The translations under genes and the position numbers were made by a program. A stretch of DNA of 45,893 bases. Source: Klebsormidium nitens (taxonomy: Eukaryota > Plantae > Klebsormidiophyceae). Positions 1 through 10,532 of this stretch are shown here, piece by piece; the first letter of the stretch is position 1, and every line of letters begins with the position of its first letter. The DNA is taken from positions 1 to 45,893 of the forward strand of contig DF237616.1 in assembly GCA_000708835.1 (NCBI GenBank). The letters are read 5' to 3'. The notes below the pieces were generated by a model. It was not told the DNA's origin and did no database searches. It saw only the letters and a list, made by a program, of their open reading frames with translations.

Positions 1-67
1 AGGTTAGAGTGTAGACCTAGAGCTAGGCCGTGACTCGGAACACTCCATATACATTGTGTGAACTTGA

Positions 68-1300
68 TTGATTGAATATCACTTCCAACAATGCTGTGTT
101 TCAAAAGGACTTTCCAAAGAAGAAGATGTCATGGCAGAAGGGCTCAAAGGATGTGAGGAAAGTTTAGCAGAAATCATTAAGCTCTTAGAAGTATTGGAGG
201 GTCCACTGTTCCAAAGTCCAGGAGAGCAGGCACAGTTCTTAGAACAATGCGGTCTGAGGGAGGATGAAGAGAACTCAAGAAAGCAAACCGAGAAAATAGA
301 CCGAAGGGGGAGGTCGAGGGGTACGATTCCGATCATCTAGAGCTAGCGCATGAAGGAGAACAGCAAAATGCATCTTTAGAGCAACACAAAAGCTTCCAAT
401 CGGAGATAATAATAGAGTCTGAGTCAAAGTCCGAGTTTAGCACGTCAGGGGAGAGCAAGTCGAGCATCGAGCCTGACTCGCACGAGATAGAAGCATTGGA
501 ATACTTGAATAAAGGGCTTAAGGAACGGCTTGAGAGCAGTGAGAGAAAAGTTGCACCCAGGGTGGAAAAATTACCAAATCACTCCGACGATCAAAAAGCC
601 TGCAGCGCCGTGTTAGTATAGGAGAGAGCGCAGACAGAGCCGAGCTAGCCCGGCGTTGCAAGCAGAAAGAGAAAAAATCAAGGTTCTCAGTAGCTGCGGA
701 CATGATGAGCGGCAAAATGGCACGATTCAATGGCAAAGCAAAGGGCTGCAGCCATTGACAAAGGGCCTGAGGGGAGCCAGGGAAAGCGGGTGCGGGTGTT
801 TAGGTGGGAAAGGAACGCAGCTAGCGTAGCTAAGGGGATTCAAGCAGAGAAAGCTGCGGGATTCGAAGAAGAACTAGCGAAAGACTCGAGCAGGCAAGAG
901 GCTCGAAACATGGGAAAGTCCGGAGATTGACAATTGCAGAAGAAGGAGGGTCTGGACGAGGTTTCCAACACAGGATTCCAAAACTGCTAGAAGAAGGGAC
1001 CCTGGAAATAGCAGGGCTCCGAAAGGAGACAATACGGGAAAGGGGCGAAGCAGATTTCGAGAGCAATGCGAAGGAGAAGCGAAAGGGCTCGGAATCAAAG
1101 TCAGCAAAGAGATTTTGAAAGGACATGGACCAGTTCATGAGCAGACCCCGGGCACTTTTCGACTGGAGGAGCTGAAAGCTGAGAAGGTGCGATTCGAAGG
1201 GAGGGTGAAGGCACCAGGTGCCAACGACATGATCCAAGGCAAGTTCGAGAAGCCAGAGATTAGGATTCGGAGCGCTAACAATAAGATTTAGGAGCCTACC
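68..1300 (+). pseudogene. Decayed, charged (E/K/R/S-rich) coding-like remnant, probably transposon-derived
   Basis: Purine-rich plus strand with several short broken frames (68-340, 730-930, 927-1118) separated by stops and frameshifts. No splice structure and no recognisable domain, so the family cannot be assigned. Confidence 0.25.
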
Positions 1301-1633
1301 GCTAAAATAAACAAAAAGGAAAAGAAAAGGAGACCGTATGAGTAGACGGGCAGATCCTCAGTAATAAAAAATGCGGGCCGTTTCTCTTATCTCGAACTCC
1401 TCATCATATAGCATTGATGGGGTATTAACCCAATGCACTTCAGCAACCTTATTCTTGGGTCTTGAACATTGATACCATATCTATACAGATTACTGTGAGC
1501 CTCAAAAATGGTTACGACTGTTCAAGAAAAGGGCTGAATTTTAGGGGGGTTCGTACTGTTCATACTGCCATTCATACTATTCATACTAATAGCAGTACTA
1601 AAAACCAAGCAAGCCCAAGAAGGGGTTATAGAT

Positions 1634-3126
1634 ACATGTAACGTACGCGGATCTGCGTGCCTGGAACTCCGCCGGGTTGGCGCAATGTCACCGCGGTACT
1701 AGTGCAATACTAGTTCGACTATTGTCGTACGGTATCATTAAGTTTCAGGGTCGTACTACGATGACTGCGGGTTGGTACCAAGGTGCTAGTACACTCGGAG
1801 TGCAGTGGCACCGTACTCGCGGTGAAGGAAAAATTCGGGTTGCGAACAACGAGCTTGGAGTTGGCGAGCAGACATGGTTTTCAAGAGGCGAAATCGTCTT
1901 GAAAGATGGAAACAATTCAACAATGGCTGCCGTAAGCGCTGCTTGCTCGTTTACGCCGCTCTTCAAGAAAGTGCAAGCAGCATTGTTGACTATGTTGAAT
2001 GCAAGGGCCCGCAAAGAAGTCTTTCTTCGGGCTTGAGAAAATCTTTCAAGGTGCTTTTTCAGCAAGTCAATTCTGAAGGCCCCTCAAGACAATCTTGGAG
2101 GCTTCCCTAATTTCTGCTGAAGTTGCATGGAGTTGCTGTTTGATTTGTCAGCTCATCTTTTTGATGGGCCTAGCTAAGCGGAGACATACAATCACGTCCA
2201 GCTTTTCAGCAGCCCCAGCTCTCCAGCTGGATGTGCAAGGTGTACAACCCACCGTACCTACCTGCTACTACCTAGTAGTAAACCTAGGTAGGTACCTATT
2301 GCATGTTCTGGAGCATCCACACGAGCCGTACATGAGCAGACCCTTGGAAGCATCGAACGGTAGCCAGGCCGTTGGACAGGCCTCAAAGGGTCCGTTGTCC
2401 CGAATTTCAAAAAACCGTACGTACGGTAGGCACTCGACTACCTAGGTAGGTTTTGAATGTACGGCGATGTCCGCTGTACCGCCTTCAGGTTGTTGCGCTA
2501 GTGGCAATCTATACCGGTCTGTACCTATCTACCTATCCATGTACCTAACACCTAGATATATAAGTACCGTACTGGCGTGCTGGGTGTACGATACCAAGGT
2601 ATCGTGTGGTATTGGTACCGTACCTAGGCCTTACCGTAGGCTACGAGTCTACCTTCATGGTAGTGCCTGGGTAGGGTACCTAGCCTCTAGGTACCTGCTT
2701 TCGGTACCGTGGGTACGCTCCTACCTCAGCCGGTATCTGGCCGGTTGGTGGTTGTTTGACCGGGCACTTCTTGTCTGCAGGCGCAGAGTTATAAAACGCG
2801 CGGGAAGTATGAATTTTCCCTGGCCGGGGACACCTGTAGCTCCGCAGAGCCAGAACTTTCTCCAAAGAACCCCCGAAATCGCGGGTCTGTACAGAGTTTT
2901 AAGCAACTTCTGTGCAATCAACGCAGTGACCCTGGGGGTCTGTGAACTGCTTTCATTGGAAGGAGTGCAATCCCGACGGGCGGAATTTTGCGTTTTGTGT
3001 ACACGGTACACGGCGGTACCATACATAGAACGCGGTTGGCGCGTACTGCCAGTGCACTAATACCGCGATAGTACCGCGCGGTACTCCATGAAACTGCACA
3101 ATAAGGAACCCGCGTATGTGACATGT
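1634..3126. mobile_element. Degenerate ~1.5-kb element with imperfect terminal inverted repeats (solo LTR or old TIR element)
   Basis: 1634-1650 ACATGTAACGTACGCGG vs reverse complement of 3110-3126 matches 15/17. 1690-1706 vs reverse complement of 3053-3069 matches 15/17 at an almost symmetrical offset. Ends read TGTAAC (1637) ... GTGACA (3123). TATAAAA near 2790. No target-site duplication seen. Confidence 0.4.
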
Positions 3127-3388
3127 GGACTGTGCTATGCCATGCATGTCGAAATAGAGGGCATAAGGCCAAAGACTGTCCGAATTCTACAAAACGTGGT
3201 AAATTATCCACGACCAAATCTAGATTCAGACGGTCCATGTCACTGAAATGGCTCAGAAAAGGCCGAAATCAAAAGGCTACCAGCTGAGAAAAGCTGGCCG
3301 GTCAATGTGAGTGTAAAACGCTCTGGGTTTTCATTTGGACGAGCACTGAAGGGATGGTCTGATACAGTAAGGTAGCATGACACATACT

Positions 3389-3448
3389 AGCATCCGGCAG
3401 CCAGACATGAAAGGGGATCTGCGCGGACTTGGCTAACGGCCCCAAGAG
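3389..3448 (-). pseudogene. ndhF: 60-bp fragment of an NdhF/ND5/NuoL-family gene (organelle-derived insertion, most like plastid ndhF)
   Basis: Translates LLGPLAKSAQIPFHVWLPDA, the conserved (G/A)KSAQxPxHxWLPDAM motif of complex I subunit 5. The GP before AKSAQ resembles plastid/cyanobacterial NdhF. Homology stops on both sides. Confidence 0.65.
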
Positions 3449-4590
3449 TGAAAGCAGAGGGTAGGAAAGGAAAAACCAATGCAAGTGCTTGAGACGGTGG
3501 ACTCCCACCCAACCTCCCAAGTTATCGGAAGGCTTCCGCTTCCATAACAGGAGCAAGTCGACGAGGATGTCTCCTATAAATAAGGGGAGGAGTGAGTTTT
3601 ATAAAAAAAATCAAAGCCATCATCACGCCTAAGCTGTAAGTGAGATGCTAGCATAATGAAGCCAAGTCAGAGGGTGATAAAGGAACCTTTACTTTAAGTC
3701 ACACTTTAACGTTATAGAGAAGGGCTGAAGCTTATGAAAAGCTGAGGGTAAAATGCCTTCTTAGCTTGTAATTGTTGGACCAATCGTCTAAGGGGAGAAG
3801 GGTTACAGCTGTAGCGCTCCATTTCATTCATGGTTCAAGCCGTAAACGAATAATGCGATTCTTGCATGCAGGATCTTTTGGGATTTTCCACATATTAAAG
3901 TATGGCTCATGATGGCTTATGAATGGTGTCATTGACCTTAGCTCGTGCATGTGACGACGTGGAAAGGTGTCGTGATCTACTTTCGAACTATTCGGAGATG
4001 GTAACTTCCAATTTATTAACGCCCTTAGCCCTTAGGAGATCGAAGATCAAGACTTACTTTCATAATGCTAAAATACTAGTTTCGCACGTTTGATAAATCA
4101 ATGCTGTAGAGGACGTAGGAGTCAGTAATGTTTCTTTAGATCAATTAGAAAGTTGAAATGCATTCGACAGAAGCATTCCGAGTCTTGATTAGAAGTGCAT
4201 GATGACTGCTTTCCGAACTTGTAGGTGCCTCAAGAGATTAGTAAAGGCACTTCCCACGACGATTTGCTACTGTCAAAAAAATTGTTGGCAAGCTTTCTTG
4301 AAAAGGCTTTCTGCCTTAGCCAAAAATCTGATGTGTACCTTCGGCAACGTGCATAAAGAGAGGATGCTCTCTTTTGGTGGTTGCAACAGAATGCCTCTTT
4401 AGCCCAAGCCTCAATTGAAAATTACATGCACATCCAATCGCGGATTTCAACTTAATAAACATTAATCTTGAACATGCGGGTCATTCTCAAGAGTGGGCCG
4501 TGAGAATGTTTCATCAAGCGATCGCTCATCATGCTGATGCCAACACACTAGTACCAAAGCGAGCAATAACATTCTTGAAGCTTTGCTGCA

Positions 4591-7500
4591 CTAATTGAGA
4601 TAGTCTCGAGGATCAGCCACAAAGCCTGCTAAAGCTGATGCTGCAGCCGTATAAGGCGAGGCGAGATATATCTCCGCTTCCTTGTGCCCCATCCGCCCCG
4701 GGAAATTCCGGTTGGTCGTTGAGACGCACACCTGCTCATAGGAACCGCAAAATCAAATCAGTCTGGCTAGACATTTCCAACAACCTTGCCCCACCATGCA
4801 TAAGGATGCAAAACTTCCAACTTCGCTGCACGCCTGGAGGTGTGACAATTCGAGCAGCTCCACGCAGCCCCTGGACGAGGGGCCGGTCCACGAAGGCTCC
4901 AGCCGCAGCTAGGGTGTGTGCGCTTGTCAGCCTTACCTGCGGTTCGTTCATGCGTGCAAACGTGTCCCGCGGCCCCCCCAGGCAGGCTGCGCACGAGGGG
5001 GCGGCGGGCGTAGTGCAGCCGGCAGCTTCAAAGATCTGCGCCGCCGTCTTCCCGCCCGCCCCTGGCACGGGCAGGGTATACACGTCGGCCCACACCTGCA
5101 AGTGGGGGAATCCAACCCAGCGCCCGTCAGCACACGACATGCAGCCTCAGGCAGCACCGCCGAAAATGGGGCATGGCTTTGCGAACTCGCTCCTCCACAG
5201 CTTGAAACTGCAACAGCTCTGCTAGTCATGTGGCAGCGCTGCTGCAGCGGGGTGCCCTGTACGGGCAGTGGCTGACCTTTTGCGTGGCGGGCACCAAAAA
5301 CGTGGGCACCTTGACCTGCTCCCCTGCGCTGTGCAGCAGATGCGCGGCCGCAAGGAAGTCCTCCGTCTTGCCCCCCGTGCACGACCCAATGTACACGCGG
5401 TCGATCTTCTTGTCGCGGCAGTTGCGCGCCAGGTCGCGGTTGTCTGGCGAGTGCGGCTGCACACACAGACACACAGCCGCGGCGCTGTCAGCAGCCCACA
5501 CTGCCTTCCCCCAGCCAGTCAACCAAGAGCGGGCACAAGCTCAACGGGTGCAGACAGACGCAGATGGGGCGGCGGCGCGCAGGCTGGGCTGACGTACCTT
5601 GGCGACCACGGGCTCGAGCTTGGCGACGTCGAAGCGGTATTCCTCAATGAAGGGCGCATCCCCGTCGCTGTAGACGGCCTCGTACGGCGCGCGCGTCTTG
5701 CCCTCCAGGTACGCAAACGTGGTGGCGTCTGCGGCCACGACGCCGTTCTTGCCGCCGGCCTCCACCACCATGTTGCACAGCGTCATGCGGTCCTCCATCT
5801 GCACCGCACGCGGCGGCGGTCGGCCCGCAGTCAGCAGCAGACAGCGGTAGCAGCAAGCAAGCGCAGGGCGGAACAGGGGGCGCAGCAGACAGGCAGCACA
5901 GGGGCTGACAGGACGCAACCAGCAGCTAAGCACGAGAGGGAGCGCAGAGGGGGGCAGCGCGGGGTGGGGGGCTGACCGTCATGGCCTCTACAGCGGTGCC
6001 AGTGAACTCCATGGTGCGGTAGGTGGCACCTGACACGCTGATCTCTCCAATGATCTGCGCAGCCATGCACCGTGTGATCAGCACAGCGGACAGGACGCGC
6101 AGTGCGCAGATACCAGGACAGGGACCTCTGCCAAGAGGGCAAGAGACGAAGAAGAGATCCGACAAAAAATATGACACAGCGATCAGCAACTGGCGTCTTC
6201 TTATTTCCTACCGCAATATTGCCCCACAAGCTGCATCAATGTACAAAGATCACACGTACAACAGATAAGTGAAGAATAGTGAGCATATAATTCAAAATAA
6301 CGATCTGATGTAGAAGCTTGTAAGCCTGAAGTGCATTTCTACAGTAAGGACACAAAGCAGTGACAATCCAGATTGCAAAGCCAGTGAACACCAATTCAAC
6401 ACTGCACATTTCGTGCAGTCTTTAGTGTTTGCCCAGCCTGACACTACACCCCGTGACCTTGTCTTTGCACCTGTACCGCACTGCAGCCCGCCCGCGGGGC
6501 CCGCGAGAGCGTGTGGGTGGGGCTGCGGGGCGGGGGTGTGCGGCGCGCTGACCTGCAGGATGAGGTCCTTGGCGAGGAGGTAGGGCGGCATGGTGCCGTC
6601 CAGCACAAAGCGCATCGTGGGCGGCGTCTTGATCAGCAGCTTGCCCGTGCCCAGGATGAAGCCCGCGTCGGTGTTGCCGATCCCGCTGGCAAACTGCCCA
6701 AACGCGCCCGCGTTGCACGTGTGCGAGTCCGTCCCGAACAGAACTTCCCCCGGCCGGCAGTGGCCCTCCTGCGCGAGCGCCACGTGGCACACGCCCTTGT
6801 AGTCCGGGTTGGCCTGCAGACGCAGAACGACCTCAGCGCACGGCGGGGCGCATGCGAGAGCGGACAAGGCAAGGGGAACAGGCCTGGCAAGCAAACTCTC
6901 AGGTGCATAAGCGCGCCTGCCACGCTGGCAGATCAGAGGGTATACATCTGGCTGAGGGCGGCAAATGGGCTGGCCCCAATTTGGGCATGCCCCGTTGCAT
7001 CGCGGATGCGCCTATGCGGGGGCAACTCCGGGGCCGACCTTGAAGTTGGAGCGGTCGGTGATGTCATAGAAGTACTTGATGTCCTGCTCCTGCACGAAGT
7101 CGCGCAGGATGTCCACGTTGCGGTTGGCGCGTGGGTCCGCCGTGAAGATGTAGTGGTCCGGGATGATCACCACCTTCTCCTTGTCCCACACCTGCACGCA
7201 CCCCCACCGCACCCGCCTCAGCAAGCGGTAGCCACGCCCCACTGCCCAGAGCCCCTGGCGGCCACGCCGTGCAGGCGAGCGTCACCATGCTGCGGCCTCC
7301 AGTGTGGGGCAGGGGCGGGGCATGCTCACCTTGGCCTTCTCCCCAAACTCCCTTTTGAAGATGCCAATTGTCCCTGGTCCGCACACGTCGTGTGTCATCA
7401 GCACATCCGTGTTGACCCACACATTCTCCCCGGGGGCCACATACGGCCGCTCCGAGGCGCGCGCCAGGATTTTCTGGGTCAGAGTCATGGCAGACTTGAC

Positions 7501-8064
7501 CTGCATGCCAACGATGCACACAGATCAGCAGGGGCGGCGCTCGCCAGGAGGGACCACCCGCCAGAGTGGCGAGGCTTCGGGCAAAACCTGTGGCTGCTGA
7601 TCCGTACCGAGACGCACAAGACTTTGCGGAGCGCCTCACCGAGCCAGTGGTAATGGGGGCCCTGCCCGCCTCCTTGGTCGGCGGGGCAGCGATGGCCTGC
7701 ACGGGGGGACAGGCGTCCCGCCGGCTGGTCCGCCGGTGAGGGCGAGCGCACTCCTGGGGGAAAGCAGGCAGGAAGGACGAGGACGACAGCACAGGGCTGT
7801 TGGGGCGCCCGGCCTGCAGCGCGTGCAGCAAACTTGAGAACTTGAGAACGCGGAGGACAGCGGAGCAGCACAGCTGCGTCTGAGCCAGCAATTTGCAGGC
7901 ATCTCAGCTGGACAGTCCAAGCAGGCTCTCCAGCGTGCCCGACTGCCATCCATAGCGCTGCGATCAGCCTGATTGCTCCCTGTGCGCTGCAGGGCTTGTC
8001 TCACCTCCTTGAGCAGGCAAGCGGAGGCTGCCGCGCCAGTGGCCAACGTGCTGGACGCTGCCAT
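4591..8064 (-). CDS. leuC: 3-isopropylmalate dehydratase (isomerase) large subunit, plastid-targeted, ~525 aa, 10 exons
   Basis: Exons 8064-8005, 7813-7640, 7500-7330, 7191-7039, 6813-6553, 6054-5977, 5798-5598, 5456-5277, 5095-4937, 4731-4591, all GT-AG and in frame. Aconitase-family motifs: [61 protein letters not shown]-terminal S/A/R-rich transit peptide. Orthologue of Arabidopsis IIL1. Confidence 0.97.
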
Positions 8065-8323
8065 CGCCTCTGGACAATTCTCACAGCTTGGAGGATGCGG
8101 TGCTGCCTTTTTGAAAGCAACGGCGCAGGATCTGGCAGAAATCTGGCAAACACGATTGCAATGCTGTGCGACCCACGGATGCCAATGCTAATCACCAATT
8201 TACAATTAACTGCTCCCAACCGAGCTGCTCAACCCAGAAACTGAGAAAGAATGGGGAGAGAGATATTTTGGCGCTGCCAACACCGAAGAGGTAGACCCTA
8301 CGGGTGCACGACCTTCAAAATTG

Positions 8324-8643
8324 NNNNNNNNNNNNNNNNNNNNNNNNNNNNNNNNNNNNNNNNNNNNNNNNNNNNNNNNNNNNNNNNNNNNNNNNNNNNN
8401 NNNNNNNNNNNNNNNNNNNNNNNNNNNNNNNNNNNNNNNNNNNNNNNNNNNNNNNNNNNNNNNNNNNNNNNNNNNNNNNNNNNNNNNNNNNNNNNNNNNN
8501 NNNNNNNNNNNNNNNNNNNNNNNNNNNNNNNNNNNNNNNNNNNNNNNNNNNNNNNNNNNNNNNNNNNNNNNNNNNNNNNNNNNNNNNNNNNNNNNNNNNN
8601 NNNNNNNNNNNNNNNNNNNNNNNNNNNNNNNNNNNNNNNNNNN
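8324..8643. other. Assembly gap (N run) in the divergent IPMI/LDIP promoter region
   Basis: 320 N bases. Confidence 1.
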
Positions 8644-8747
8644 TGTTCACTGTCCAGTACCGGTATGATCTGAATAGCAAGCTGTGCTGCATGCATGTGG
8701 CTTCAGGCATGGTTTCGTGGACGGGGCAGCTAGTCCTGGTTTGAAAC

Positions 8748-10532
8748 ATGGTCGAAGGAGACGGCATTGCCTCCCAGGCACCTCTCCCGGCAGCCCCCAT
8801 GGCGCCGCCTGCAAACGCTCCCAGTTTCTTCGTTGCTCCTGCAAAGGAGGAGGCCCTGCTTGGGGGCAAGGCCCAGGAGGCGAGCAGTGGGCGCAAGACC
8901 GGGGGAAAAGAGGCAGTCCTGCAAGTGCTGCGCGATATGGGGGCAGAGCTGCTGCCGCTGAGCCGCAAGGAGGTGAGCGGAGAGGGGGTAGAGCACCCAG
9001 GGCGGGAGGCAGGTTGCTGTAGCTAGCTGTCATATGACGGCAATCAATCAAGGCTGGGCGAGGCCAGCCAAAGCGATTGCCACCGTTGGATGTCTGGCGC
9101 CTTTGGAACAGCTGCCGCAGCGTGAGGCTGTTTCTGTGGGCTTGCATGCATAAAGGTGCCACCTTTGGGAGTGGTGTGGGCCTGCTCGTTCCCGTCTCTT
9201 TTGTGGTGGGCTAAACTTTTTTAGGGTGTCGTTTATGGCGCTTCAAAGCTCCAGCGTGCGGGCTTGTGTTAGTTTGCGCATGATTTGCCATTGTGACGTG
9301 CAATGTTGAGAGCAGGATAGCTGCGATCTGGATTGCAAGGCGGATAGGCAGCACCTGACCAGATGCACTGCTCATGCCCCAGTCATGCACCACATTTGCC
9401 CGCTCCTCAATGCAGGGGTATGAGCCCCCTCCGGTTCTCCGTCGCTTTCGGCTCCAGCTGCAGCGGAATGGGCCACGACTGCATGCGGCTGTCACCCAGT
9501 GTGTCTGGGACTGCAGGGACTGGGTGGCAGCGGGCGGCACGCTCCGGATCCTCCTGGCACTGACAGTGAGCAGCCCCACCCCCGCCTCCTTGTTGGGCCC
9601 TCCATCGATGTTGCTGCCCCAGCCCGCAGCCCTCTCCTGCTCTCCTACATCGCACCTTCCGGGCTCCCGTTGCCATAACATTGTCAGCTGCCTACTGGCT
9701 GCCCCCCTGCCACTAGAGTCTTTGAGCGTTCTCTTTTTGTCCGTTGGGGAACCAGGCACTGGCCGATAGGACGTGCGGTAAGCCTCATAAAGCTCTGCCC
9801 TGTCTGCCGTTGTGCAGGTATTGAGCGTGGCTGGCGCGGCAGCTGCTGGCGCCACGCTATTTGGGGCCATTCTTGCTGTGGCGACAGCGAATGCCATGCT
9901 GGTGGCATTTGTCCTCTGCCTCGCGGCGGCGTGCAGCTTTCTGGCCATGTTCTTGGTAAGGCCACAACAGGCGGGCACTGCAACCCTCGCGTGTGCCCTC
10001 AATGCCTTTTCACAGATGTCTGCAAGTGCTGCAGCTGCCTGGCAGGGGCGTGTTGCTGACGCCCACACTGTGGCCCCACCTGGGGTTCGCTCCTCTATGC
10101 AGCGCCGGCCTCATCTCTTCCTGGCATGTCCATGCAGGCTGCTCTATCAGCAGTGTATGTGGGGGTCCTTGTTAGCTCGGCGACAGTCATTGGCTTCATC
10201 ACGATTGTCGCCATGTCGTCCGCATTTGGGATCTCATTGATTGTTGGTGGATTCTACCTGGCGTACCAGGCTGCGAGCATCGCCCTACAAGTGAGAATCG
10301 CATCTTGTTTGAGATCTTAGAAAACACTCGTACCAATCTGCAATGGGTCCAGTGTAAGTGTTGCCATGTTTGGCACCTCACTAGACATGTTTCGGCACCA
10401 CCATCCTTCTGGTGGTAACTTGACCTCGTTTTGCAATTTGCTTGCTGGTGTTTACAGTTGTATCCCTTGTTGCAGTTTGTTTCTACAACGAAACCAATTG
10501 TCGTTTCTAGTACCCTTGTGAAGCCTTCCTGA
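8748..10532 (+). CDS. LDIP: LDIP-like (LDAP-interacting protein; promethin/LDAF1 family) lipid-droplet membrane protein, ~246 aa, 5 exons
   Basis: Exons 8748-8972, 9416-9565, 9818-9955, 10138-10290, 10458-10532; the last acceptor could instead be 10476, same frame. RNGPRLH...W..GGTLRILLALT and AVATANAMLVAFVLCLAAACSFLAMFL..LSAVYVG align by eye with plant LDIP (ENGPKL...WTRRGSSLRALL; VAATANAIIISLLISLAVAGGFLALFF...GVYIG). About 110 aa of uninterrupted hydrophobic sequence. Confidence 0.8.

Noticed and set aside
1468-1476. TGGTATCA on the minus strand resembling a tRNA-Met primer-binding site
   Set aside because: Only 8 nt, not followed by GAGC and not adjacent to an LTR end.
5268-7653. Long plus-strand ORFs (5268-5975, 6511-7653) over the IPMI gene
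   Set aside because: Antisense shadows of GC3-rich exons and introns; no domain or independent splice pattern.
9211-10068. 285-aa minus-strand ORF opposite LDIP
   Set aside because: Antisense shadow running through introns; no recognisable protein features.
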